Positions 19,501 through 26,679 of a stretch of 64,000 nt of DNA are shown in pieces. The notes under the pieces were generated by a model, which saw only the letters and a program-made list of their open reading frames with translations, ran no database searches and had not been told where the DNA came from. Both the position numbers and the translations under genes were made by a program. Each line of letters opens with the position of its first letter. Position 1 is the first letter of the stretch. The DNA lies in NCBI GenBank assembly GCA_963997805.1, contig CAXEOD010000001.1:3635-67634 (forward strand). Reading direction: 5' to 3'. Source of the stretch: an uncultured Candidatus Poseidoniales archaeon. GTDB lineage: Archaea; Thermoplasmatota; Poseidoniia; Poseidoniales; Thalassarchaeaceae.

Positions 19501-22070
19501 GACAAATCCAAACCTTCGAGGAAGCGACGAAGCGGTTTGTTGGCAGGCGCAACAATACGTGAGTGGAATGCGTGACTCGTCTGAAGAGTAACGCATGGAA
19601 TGTTCATTTCACCAAACCGCTGAATTGCATCTTGCATCGGTTCTGTTTCACCTGCAATGACTGCCATCATCGGAGAATTCTTGTTAGCAGCAATAATGTA
19701 ACCATCAACCGAATCGATTACCTCCTGAATTTTCTCAAGTGGTGCAGTGACGCTTGCCATCAATCCCTTATCATTCACTTCCACGCTACCCATTTCAGTC
19801 CCGCGAGCGGCCGCAGCACGCAGTGCGTCGTGGAATTTCATTATTCCAGAGACCATCAGTGCGGCGTATTCTCCTAAACTGTGTCCAGCAACCATGTCAG
19901 GGTTGATTCCATGCTCACTTAGCAATCTGTAAATTGCTAAATCAGCCGTCAACATCGCTGGTTGAGTGAATTCTGTTTGTTTCAACTTCTCTTCTGCAAC
20001 TTTTGTCTGCTCTTCAGTGAGGTTATCGCGCAGAACAAACTCAGAAAGTTTCTCACCTGCAAGAATTTCAGCCATGGTTGAATCAGCTTCATCCCACGTT
20101 TCACCAATCACTTCAAACCTCTTTGAGAGGTCTAGCGTCATACCAACATATTGACTACCTTGACCTGGGAACATCTGTACCAATTTTGCGTCGGCTGGCA
20201 GTGCTTCCTCTTCAGTAATGAAAACCATCTGTTTTGCTAGGAATGTCCATTTTGAGGGGTCTGAGATATTCTCACTGAGTAAATCCATTCTCTTAGCTAA
20301 TTGTTTCCAATTAGTCGCGACAATTCCACAGCGAGCACCTTGTGGCTCAAAATCAGATGACAAATCCGAAAGGACTGCTGAAAGTCTACGTCCGGCTGGG
20401 TCATCATCGAAATTTGAAATTGATGATGAGAAGAGAGTTGATTGAACACGTTCAATTTCTGAGGTTAAAGATTCAATACCATCAGCATTCAGAAGCAAGA
20501 TTCCTCCTTCAATCTCAAGTAATTCTTGATGGTTCATTGAAGGTGTTGTAGTTGAATCTAGTACGCTTGCAGCCGTTGGAACTTGGAATTGAGAAGGTGA
20601 ACTATTAGACAAACTTGCAACTAGGGATTTGTGGTGTTCTGGGTCGTACTGCTCAAGTGCACAATGGAAATTTGTCCCTCCAAAACCAAACGCAGACACG
20701 CCTGCACGTCTAGGTGCTTTAGATTGTGGAATTGGCCAATCAGAAGAAATTGTAGGGACATAAAATGGAATTTCGTCCCAATTGACTGAAGTATTTGGTT
20801 GCTCAAACCCTGCAGATGGAGGTAAGGTTCTGTGGTGAAGTGCTAAACTCGCTTTCAGTAATCCAGCCATTCCAGCAGCTGCTTTAAGGTGACCAATTTG
20901 ACTTTTTACTGATCCTACTGCAACAAAATCACCAGCGCCACGGTCTGCAAATACGCCAGCAAGTGTTGACAACTCTGTTGCGTCTCCAACCTTAGTGCTC
21001 GTTCCGTGGGCCTCAATCAATTCTACTGAGGATGGAGAATATCCAGCCTGCTGATATGCCCGCATAACTGCCTGCTTTTGACCTCTAGTTGATGGGGCTG
21101 TGATTCCTTTTCCTCTGCCATCACTTGAGGAACCTATTCCGCGGATGACGCTGTAAATTGTATCACCATCTGCAATAGCATCCTCCAATCGCTTGAGAAC
21201 AACACAACCTGCACCTTCGCCCATCACGAATCCATTGGCACGTACATCAAAGGGCCGGGAATGAAGTGGGGATAGGGCACCGATAGCGCTGAATTTAGCG
21301 TATGTCCCAGGATCCATAGTTCGGTCGCTTGCACCACATAACATCAAATCCGTTTGGCCAGTTTGTAGCATCTGGCAAGCCCCAACTAAAGCGGCAAAGG
21401 TAGAGGCACAAGCAGCGTCAGCACTGAAATTTGGGCCTTGTAAGTCAAGCAGATTGGCCACTCGGCCAGCGACTACGTTGGCTAATTCTCCAGCCATCGT
21501 GTCTTCATCAATTCGTGGAGTACCGTCAGTGATTGAATCTTTAAATTCTTCACTGTTAGTTGCTGGCATACCGGCTTCAACTGCCTTGCGTGCAATTTGG
21601 TCTGCGTAAACACGCTTACTTGACATCACTCGGTTTTCTCCACCTAAGGCATTAGCGAATATCACGCCACAACGAGCGTTTGGGAGTTGTAACCGACTGT
21701 TTTCACCAATATAACCAGCATCCTCCAATGCTGCGGCTGAAACCTCAACCGCCCACAATTGAGTATCATCAATTTGGGAAAGCGTTCCGGGCGGTTGTTT
21801 CCAACGCCGCCAATCAAACTCAAAATCTTCAACAAAAGCCCCAATCTTTGAGTAAGTTTTGCCTTCTATTGCACTTCCAGGTTCACCTTCAACCCAAAAA
21901 TCGTCGGGGTTCCACCTATCGTGAGGTACTTCACGAATTGAAACTTTGGCATTCAACACATTATCCCAGAATGACTCAATATCTGGTGCGTCTGGAAAAA
22001 TAGCAGACTGCCCAACTATCGCAATCGGCGCGAAAGGATATTGGGGGACTTCGTCCAGTTGTTCGGTCAT
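13587..22070 (-). CDS. PUFA-synthase/type I PKS-like multidomain megasynthase (2827 aa): KS - AT - ACP-like - KS - ACP - ACP - KR - DH
   Basis: KS1 (aa 12-475; Cys in DAACAST, His in EAHGTST and KSQIGHLKAAAG); AT (aa 630-960; FPGQGSQY and GHSLGE); ACP-like (aa about 1040-1095; TGYP…LGITDD); KS2 (aa 1150-1615; NNACAST); two near-identical ACPs (aa 1730-1800 and 1845-1915; HTGYP…DLEGELGIDTVKQAEIMAD); KR (aa 1965-2480; VSGGGSGVTAACIVGLAQANRG, YAAANCILD); PKS-type DH (aa 2510-2810; LEDHAIDNVPYHPG). Confidence 0.9.
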   Translation of the reverse strand: MTEQLDEVPQYPFAPIAIVGQSAIFPDAPDIESFWDNVLNAKVSIREVPHDRWNPDDFWVEGEPGSAIEGKTYSKIGAFVEDFEFDWRRWKQPPGTLSQIDDTQLWAVEVSAAALEDAGYIGENSRLQLPNARCGVIFANALGGENRVMSSKRVYADQIARKAVEAGMPATNSEEFKDSITDGTPRIDEDTMAGELANVVAGRVANLLDLQGPNFSADAACASTFAALVGACQMLQTGQTDLMLCGASDRTMDPGTYAKFSAIGALSPLHSRPFDVRANGFVMGEGAGCVVLKRLEDAIADGDTIYSVIRGIGSSSDGRGKGITAPSTRGQKQAVMRAYQQAGYSPSSVELIEAHGTSTKVGDATELSTLAGVFADRGAGDFVAVGSVKSQIGHLKAAAGMAGLLKASLALHHRTLPPSAGFEQPNTSVNWDEIPFYVPTISSDWPIPQSKAPRRAGVSAFGFGGTNFHCALEQYDPEHHKSLVASLSNSSPSQFQVPTAASVLDSTTTPSMNHQELLEIEGGILLLNADGIESLTSEIERVQSTLFSSSISNFDDDPAGRRLSAVLSDLSSDFEPQGARCGIVATNWKQLAKRMDLLSENISDPSKWTFLAKQMVFITEEEALPADAKLVQMFPGQGSQYVGMTLDLSKRFEVIGETWDEADSTMAEILAGEKLSEFVLRDNLTEEQTKVAEEKLKQTEFTQPAMLTADLAIYRLLSEHGINPDMVAGHSLGEYAALMVSGIMKFHDALRAAAARGTEMGSVEVNDKGLMASVTAPLEKIQEVIDSVDGYIIAANKNSPMMAVIAGETEPMQDAIQRFGEMNIPCVTLQTSHAFHSRIVAPANKPLRRFLEGLDLSLPSIPITANYDGKFYPESLEDGETVHDAILSQLAPQMSSAVEWTRQIQEMYSRGGRLFIEVGPKRALALFTEQILDEQSKVVTNTNHPKVGGVASFLSSLAVCALSGRVPSMHSVDSNRLTEGFRAGPLEVWQKSGIVSGDSSSEEMEELRVRARPLPDGSSNGQLATTSQNIQHQTISNDSGHHVVQQVVDKEGYLASRISDITGYPARLIKGELHLSALGITDDTLSDLLASITSEASVSGPADASKLTSLAALNEWVTSPPSGFTVSQKVKGATSVALSSDPHAERRTNPYVVTGVSLGLPGMDEIFDPDALERIIAGENFITELPDDVKQRLLDKNMVRIVKHPDGRAEFVPCDSFATIPQLAGVGGYFDLAEQYGIDPKIVAAMDVSTTLSFAAGLEALKDAALPLLPVEQVSSAGKRLVRGWNLPNSIRERTGVVFASVFPGIAMAMRHALNNGSDENGTFDRRFLLQILTMGHAQFAQWIGARGPNLAINNACASTPAAFAIAEDWLDSGRCDRVIVISGDDSTGDDLMEWIGAGFAAAGAHSMGNVVEEVALPFDVRRNGMLLGMGGAAFVIEKSNHADERGVVPYAELLGAHIGNSAFHPTRLDVTHVASTFDEFVTEMENRWGIDRHEIAPKTTFMSHEPFTPPRGGSAAAEIESLRGTFKESAESLIITNTKGFTGHPMGVGVEDATGLYGLASGRLPPIANFQQPDPALGNLRLSEGGEYDVEYMLRHAAGFGSQIALTMFKRIARTLNRVDRESVVKWAINQAGDDVELRLLKRKLVAYIAPDESLIGGVEGSEWEVSAQDAQPDSALSAPKPPKSGPSQSVETPKQEVKEEFSEETPPAGKASQTVPEITAREHPEGLEQQVVETVAKHTGYPTDFIELDQDLEGELGIDTVKQAEIMADLRETFSLPVDDSFQLREHPTLNHMISYIVSMGEGREEQQNPQEEQPLQSSTVDEESVVSNPPSLENTDSDVESGVLSIVVKHTGYPEDFLELDQDLEGELGIDTVKQAEIMADCREHFSLPVDESFQLRDYPTLADMISYIDSMRGGEPVVSEVTVDSEPEEKEVLSAKPELEVVEPSPSENPVESTVRRWVVEVEEADESEAHPIDMAGSYIIVTDDSWGLGNAICEQLESSGSEAVRLMLDPSITSKIKIEKDGGIDIIRLDPGNQDHLSQFGEIIADLDIAGVIHTAPCTLAGIAWAEVTSQQQTQMVCHGLFGVLQQIDAKLANRSDGIVCSISALDGRHGNGGYRFNPLGAGAHGIVKSFGRERPNIRARAIDVAPELLVNADKLAATILSEIEYMGPRELGIDGDGRRWQVCIYDEPHESEPQSLNSEDVFIVSGGGSGVTAACIVGLAQANRGIGCHFALLGRTKLDDSLSSLADASDEVLQQMKMELRKQMQRDSKSGNVTIVEWEKAWSKIERSINIHKTLSDIEESGNTATYHACDVTVSKQVRKVLKKLKKKRSPITGIIHGAGIEDSKMVADKDWDTFSNVMSVKVDGWQSLVNAVKDHSTQLRYCCAFTSIAGRFGNGGQTDYAAANCILDAEMSRLAHIESEPHGVALAWTGWQDVGMATRGSIERVFEEAGIETVSVEQGVSLFVDEVMRGGKRRVVLAGNLGVLNDDGSDREPPQRLPPDVSALLADAKRFPFVDKVVAHQPFDTLSYECTIDVNSYPFLEDHAIDNVPYHPGVMALEMFSQGAQLLWPPCTVIGFAGVRFGLPIKLLKQEQKLRVVAEFSHQNSENVWVKCRLESDLMTKSGEIFGEPTIHHNGLVRMLKRDADRGLLKLPSIGTPSRGGVVLGSDFVYQRFFHGPRFQSHGGILGGCSIDDMFGADGIALSRHQLANTNQFLVGDVTLEAQPMLIEACFQNAGMVAMEIDGLQSLPVGIEMLELIRTPEKTDSLRMRAVRRGAEDDGVTIHDCLVVDQDGKPVVSMKGLRLKGMAPISEGESFSLNRN

Positions 22071-22079
22071 ATTACCACC

Positions 22080-22955
22080 TCAATCTGAGATACTGTCTGG
22101 TACCATAATGCTAGAATATCCAGCATCAACGTGAATTATTTGTCCTGTGACACCTGAAGACAAGGGTGAGGCTAACCAAGTTGCACACCCTGCAACATCT
22201 TCCTGTGTGACGTTTCGACGTAATGGTGAATTCCTCTCTACATGGGCGAGAATGTCATCAAAGCCAGGAATACCCCCTGCCGCTAAGGTTTTGATCGGCC
22301 CTGATGAAATTGCATTGACTCGGTGACCATCTGGGCCAACATGATTTGCAAGTTCACGAGTCCACGCTTCTAATGCTGCTTTTGCTATACTCATCACACC
22401 ATAGTTTGGCACCCATCTAGTTGAGGCCGCATAGGTTAGAGTGATTGTTGAAGAGTTGGGAGCTAGATGTGGCAAAGCGTAGCGCATCACTCTTTGTAGT
22501 GAATGAGCGCTGATTGTCATAGCAGTGTTCATCGGGTCATTTTCAACGAACAACACTGGTCGGTCAAAACATGGGCGTGGAGCAAATCCGATAGCATGAA
22601 TGACAATATCTGCTTTTGCACCCGGGTTGGCATTTTGCCACTCTGTGAAAAATTCGGCTGTCAATTCATTGGTTTCAACATCAATTGGATAAAATGCTTC
22701 AATAGCATCTAGTTTCTCTTTTAGTTGAAATACACGGCTCATAAATCGCTTCTGAAAACCAAGTATTAACTTACATCCAGCCGCTGCTAATTGCTCGCAT
22801 ATAGCCCACGCAATACTGTCTTCGCTTGCTACACCAAATACTAGTGCAGTTTTTCCCTTTAGTTCCAACATAAAAGCACCTGTTCCTACCAACATCGGTT
22901 CGCCGGCGAAGACGCCTTCAAGACCTTTGCCCACCCTGTGAGACAACAGCGTCAT
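22080..22955 (-). CDS. FabI-like enoyl-(acyl-carrier-protein) reductase (SDR), probable trans-acting ER for the megasynthase
   Basis: LKGKTALVFGVASEDSIAWAICEQLAAAG (FabI N-terminal signature) and catalytic Y-x6-K YGVMSIAKAALEAW; 10-nt gap to the megasynthase. Confidence 0.8.
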   Translation of the reverse strand: MTLLSHRVGKGLEGVFAGEPMLVGTGAFMLELKGKTALVFGVASEDSIAWAICEQLAAAGCKLILGFQKRFMSRVFQLKEKLDAIEAFYPIDVETNELTAEFFTEWQNANPGAKADIVIHAIGFAPRPCFDRPVLFVENDPMNTAMTISAHSLQRVMRYALPHLAPNSSTITLTYAASTRWVPNYGVMSIAKAALEAWTRELANHVGPDGHRVNAISSGPIKTLAAGGIPGFDDILAHVERNSPLRRNVTQEDVAGCATWLASPLSSGVTGQIIHVDAGYSSIMVPDSISD

Positions 22956-23023
22956 TCACGAAGGGATGTAATTATCCCAAAAATGTGCTCAATATCCCCT
23001 CATTTGAGTACAATTATCGAAAT

Positions 23024-23046
23024 TCCGACCGTAGGTCGGGAAGAAA
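23024..23046. promoter_or_regulatory. Near-perfect palindrome TTCCGACC-GTA-GGTCGG(G)AA upstream of the ER/megasynthase/PPTase operon; candidate operator, or terminator of the upstream TatD-like gene
   Basis: 8-bp arms in the 180-bp intergenic region 22956-23136, about 70-90 nt upstream of the FabI-like ATG at 22955; AT-rich TATA-like elements (GGGATAATTA, CGATAATTGTA) lie between it and the ATG. Confidence 0.3.
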
Positions 23047-23136
23047 CCGGAGTGAAAGTAGTCCAGAATTGACAAATTTCACGAATCATGGCCAATAAAA
23101 CTCGAATTGTGCTAATATTGCTGACTTGATATTACT

Positions 23137-24018
23137 TCATTCATATTCGCCATACAATGCCTCGGGCAGATCAATGTGGATTGCACTCAACACTGCTTCT
23201 GCATCCAATCCTCTGCCAATTAGAGAAGTTGCAAGAGCTTGGGTTCTTCGAGGCACCGTCTTTGGACCAAGTACTGCTCCAGGCCTACGTGGGTCATCCA
23301 TGTAATCAGTTTCCATTAGGAACCCGCCTTCATTTTGCCATATTGTATCAGAAATATCCTTGATTGAATCACGTCCAACCACTACAGAAGAAGTCAAGCC
23401 ATGAGTGAAATTTTTACTGATATCTGCATCGGCATGGTGGTGAATTGCACCGAACCTTGGGAAACCTACATGGTCACAAATATTAGCAATTTCACGGTTA
23501 GTTTTTTCACCATTAGCGTCGAGATGGAGTTGAGCAGGAACATTTGCCCTTTTACACATTGAAAGGACTTCAATCAAAATCTCATCAGCCTGATCTAATA
23601 CTTCATCACCCACATCCCAGTGAGGGCGACCTACTTCACCAACTCCAACCGCCAAATTTTCTTCACAAAATTCAATTGCTAATTCAACCGCTTGAAGATG
23701 TAATTCATTCGATTCTTCATTACCTAACGATGCACACTGATGAACCCATGCAGCAGGGTGGGGACCGAGCACAACCCGAACCCTCAAATCACATTCCAAG
23801 CGAACTTGTTCAGCCATTGCTACAGTGTCTTGGTATGCCTTTCGTACTTCCTCAACATTATTTGGTAGGTTGTCAAAATCTGGCTTGTGAACTAATACTA
23901 AATCGGTACCGCCAACACGCTGAAAATCAGCCGCAGCATCAAGATAACGTCCAACTCTATCTAAGTGAAAATGGTTGTCTAAAATAGGGCCATTCCAGTG
24001 CCCATCAACAAGAGTCAT
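23137..24018 (-). CDS. TatD-family metal-dependent hydrolase (amidohydrolase superfamily)
   Basis: N-terminal LDNHFHLD (HxH metal site) and a conserved His/Asp/Glu pattern along a 293-aa TIM-barrel-sized protein. Confidence 0.5.
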   Translation of the reverse strand: MTLVDGHWNGPILDNHFHLDRVGRYLDAAADFQRVGGTDLVLVHKPDFDNLPNNVEEVRKAYQDTVAMAEQVRLECDLRVRVVLGPHPAAWVHQCASLGNEESNELHLQAVELAIEFCEENLAVGVGEVGRPHWDVGDEVLDQADEILIEVLSMCKRANVPAQLHLDANGEKTNREIANICDHVGFPRFGAIHHHADADISKNFTHGLTSSVVVGRDSIKDISDTIWQNEGGFLMETDYMDDPRRPGAVLGPKTVPRRTQALATSLIGRGLDAEAVLSAIHIDLPEALYGEYE

Positions 24019-24027
24019 TGTGGCGCC

Positions 24028-24654
24028 TCACGATTCTTCTTCTTCTTCTACTTCAAGGGCGGCTTCTTCAGGCTCTGAATCAACTTTTTCTTCGGTCCCA
24101 TTAGATTTTACCAGAACTTCAACGAATAGACCCTCAGCATCAAATCTTGTACCCCAATGTGTGGCCGCCATCTCAACCAAATTTTTGTGTCTAGCACCAA
24201 GAGCAATTCCAAGCCCATTTGAAAAGAATAGTAAATCCATATCGTGCAACTTATCACTAATACGAATACACTCAAGTCGCTCGTCTTCCTCAAATTCCGG
24301 ATAGTATTCTGAAACCTGATCAGTTCGTAGTGGTTGACCATAGTCAAACGAAACTACGAGAGGACCCTTCTCAGTGGTAATCCCTTCATCAGGCCTGCCT
24401 AATCGGAGTAACATTTCACGAGCCGCTGCCCAAGCAATCTCTGAATGATTTGTGCCATGTACTACCAGCCTTCCCTCTTCGTCAACTAGCAGAGTTGCAC
24501 GTGGATTCTTAAGAGCCAGTATCACATACTTACCACTCTTCTTTCCTCCTAGAGTTTTGATGACCTCCTCGGCCTCAAATGGTTGAGGGGCTGTGAACCT
24601 GACCAATTGGTTCTCTACCCTGACTTTGATAGCACTTCGACGACCCATTCTCAC
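24028..24654 (-). CDS. Divergent TATA-box-binding protein (TBP)-like protein with two repeats and an acidic C-terminal tail
   Basis: Two roughly 85-aa repeats that line up with TBP repeats (IKVRVENQLVRF…PRATLLVDEEGRLVVHGTNHSE…AAREML ; PLVVSFDYGQP…YYPEFEEDERLECIRISDKLHDMDLLFFSNGLGIALGARHKNLVEMAA) compared with canonical …IENIVAS…[20 protein letters not shown]… / …[13 protein letters not shown]…[19 protein letters not shown]…; followed by an EEEEEES tail. Confidence 0.45.
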   Translation of the reverse strand: MRMGRRSAIKVRVENQLVRFTAPQPFEAEEVIKTLGGKKSGKYVILALKNPRATLLVDEEGRLVVHGTNHSEIAWAAAREMLLRLGRPDEGITTEKGPLVVSFDYGQPLRTDQVSEYYPEFEEDERLECIRISDKLHDMDLLFFSNGLGIALGARHKNLVEMAATHWGTRFDAEGLFVEVLVKSNGTEEKVDSEPEEAALEVEEEEES

Positions 24655-25433
24655 TCCTCCAACCCGACTGCTTCAACTGCTTCCACTTCTACGTTAGTCT
24701 TGAGCGTTGCGAGTATATCACCCATCCAATCTTGGTAAATTGGGACAATCAACACTGGTTCTTCTTTGATTGATGAAAGATTTGCAAGTGCCCCCCGTAG
24801 ACGGCTTGCAAACCTGCGATTTCTCCTCTCTTGCAATTCAACTGTAGAAAATGATTCCGAAATTCGCCACCAGGTTCCTGCTAATCCTGCCGCTATAGCC
24901 AGTGATTCCGAACCTTTTGATATTGGAGGTTCACTAACTTCTGGTTGAGTACGCTTCCATGTTTTTGCAAATCGCCGCCGAGCAAATAATTGCAAAAACA
25001 AACGAGACAATTTTGCAGCCTCATCCGCAGTTGCTTCCAACCAAGCAAGCCAATCCTCATCTTCAACCCCTGGCTCTATGAAATAAGTGGGAATACTATC
25101 CCTATCCGCCAACTTGAGTAAGCGGCGAGGCTCTGGGTCAGGAAATTTCGGTCCCTTGACATCTTCTAACAACTGCATACGAATCAACATCCGCGCTAAA
25201 TCACCGCCACCGTGAATTGCCAATATGGTTGAAGATCCCTTTCCAGACTTCTCCATCTTCTCTTCATCCTCCCAAGATTCCCGCTCTTCTGGATGTAGTA
25301 ATAATGCAAGCCCATCCCAATCATCTCTTGGACGAAGAATACGTGGTAATACAACCGTAGGGATGTAAGGGAAAAATCGAATTACCCCACCATCAGGGTC
25401 ATTCCAATCCACCGATTGCCAAGGCCAAGACAA
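24651..25433 (-). CDS. Hypothetical protein (operon with the acyl-CoA dehydrogenase and the TBP-like gene)
   Basis: 260-aa ORF overlapping the downstream gene by 4 nt; acidic; no recognisable motif. Confidence 0.4.
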   Translation of the reverse strand: MSWPWQSVDWNDPDGGVIRFFPYIPTVVLPRILRPRDDWDGLALLLHPEERESWEDEEKMEKSGKGSSTILAIHGGGDLARMLIRMQLLEDVKGPKFPDPEPRRLLKLADRDSIPTYFIEPGVEDEDWLAWLEATADEAAKLSRLFLQLFARRRFAKTWKRTQPEVSEPPISKGSESLAIAAGLAGTWWRISESFSTVELQERRNRRFASRLRGALANLSSIKEEPVLIVPIYQDWMGDILATLKTNVEVEAVEAVGLEE

Positions 25434-25442
25434 GAGAACACC

Positions 25443-26648
25443 TCAACCTAGAATTGATGAATCTTTAGCTAAATCTTTGGTGATATTCTTCTGATGACTC
25501 TCTAAAGTCCCACCACCAATTTCGAGGAGTTTTGCGTCACGCCACAATCTCTCAACCACATATTCGCCAACATAACCGTAGCCACCCATTACTTGCATTG
25601 CTCGGTCAGCAATATCTTTTGCTAGTGTTGTTGATACCAACTTTATCCCATCGGAATCCAACCGATTGCCGCTCTGCTCTACATCCATTTGTCTAGCTAC
25701 ATTGTAGAGATATGCCTCCATTCCACGCCATTCAGCGAATGATTGGCCGATGTAACGTTGTATCTGACCGAAATCTCTGATTGGCCGTCCAAATGCTTCT
25801 CTCTCAGAAGCATAGCGATTCATTTCTTTGACTGAGCGGCGAGCAATTCCTAGACTCATCGCCGCTAAAGTAAGCCGTTCTAATTCCAGATTACGCATCA
25901 TATGAATCATTGATTCACCGCACGCGCCAACGAGACTATCAGGGCCAACTACACAGTCATCATAGACTAACTCCGCAGTGTTGGAGCCTCGCATTCCAGT
26001 TTTGTCAACAATCTTTTGACCAACTGAAAAACCAGGTGAGTCTGCGAACACAAGGAAGGTCGATATCTCAGCCCTACCGTTTTCATTCACGCCTGTTTTA
26101 GCATAAGTCCAAACAACATCACAAGGTGTACCTTCTTCATCGATGCAGCCATTAGTTATCCACATTTTACGTCCGTTGATGACCCAATTACCGTCATCTC
26201 TTTGCTGAGCAGTAGTGCTCATTGACATCACATCTGTACCAACATCTGGTTCAGACATTGCCATTGCTCCTATCCACTCGCCACTGCAAACTTTGGGAAG
26301 TATCTCTTGCTTCTGAGTTGAATTACCATTACGTGAAAGGTTGTTGACAAATAGCATACTATGGGCAAGATAAGCTAATGCAAAGCCTGGGTCACTATAG
26401 GATAATTCCTCGTGAACAATTGCCGCGGCTAATGCGTCCATTCCAGCCCCACCGTACTCCTCTGGAGCAGTAATTCCAAGAAGTCCTAGTTCACCCATAT
26501 CACGTAATAATTGAAGATTGAACTTCTCATCTCGGTCAAACTCAAGTGCTTGTGGCTCAACTTCTGAACTGACCCAGTCACGGACCATCTCTCTTAGCAT
26601 CGCATGTTCTTCAGTCGGGTTGGTGATGTCAAGCGTCTTGTAATCCAC
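25443..26648 (-). CDS. Acyl-CoA dehydrogenase
   Basis: 401 aa with the ACAD N/M/C domain pattern (…WITNG…, …GGYGYVGEY…ERLWRDAKLLEIGGGT…). Confidence 0.85.
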   Translation of the reverse strand: MDYKTLDITNPTEEHAMLREMVRDWVSSEVEPQALEFDRDEKFNLQLLRDMGELGLLGITAPEEYGGAGMDALAAAIVHEELSYSDPGFALAYLAHSMLFVNNLSRNGNSTQKQEILPKVCSGEWIGAMAMSEPDVGTDVMSMSTTAQQRDDGNWVINGRKMWITNGCIDEEGTPCDVVWTYAKTGVNENGRAEISTFLVFADSPGFSVGQKIVDKTGMRGSNTAELVYDDCVVGPDSLVGACGESMIHMMRNLELERLTLAAMSLGIARRSVKEMNRYASEREAFGRPIRDFGQIQRYIGQSFAEWRGMEAYLYNVARQMDVEQSGNRLDSDGIKLVSTTLAKDIADRAMQVMGGYGYVGEYVVERLWRDAKLLEIGGGTLESHQKNITKDLAKDSSILG

Positions 26649-26679
26649 GCTTTCACCCCCTCACCTAATTGATGCAATT

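Noticed and set aside
13705-21844. Numerous 60-150-aa ORFs on both strands inside the megasynthase gene (e.g. 14456-14896 +, 15976-16341 +, 17290-17655 +)
   Set aside because: They lie within a continuous 2827-aa ORF with coherent domain content; they are antisense or alternate-frame noise.
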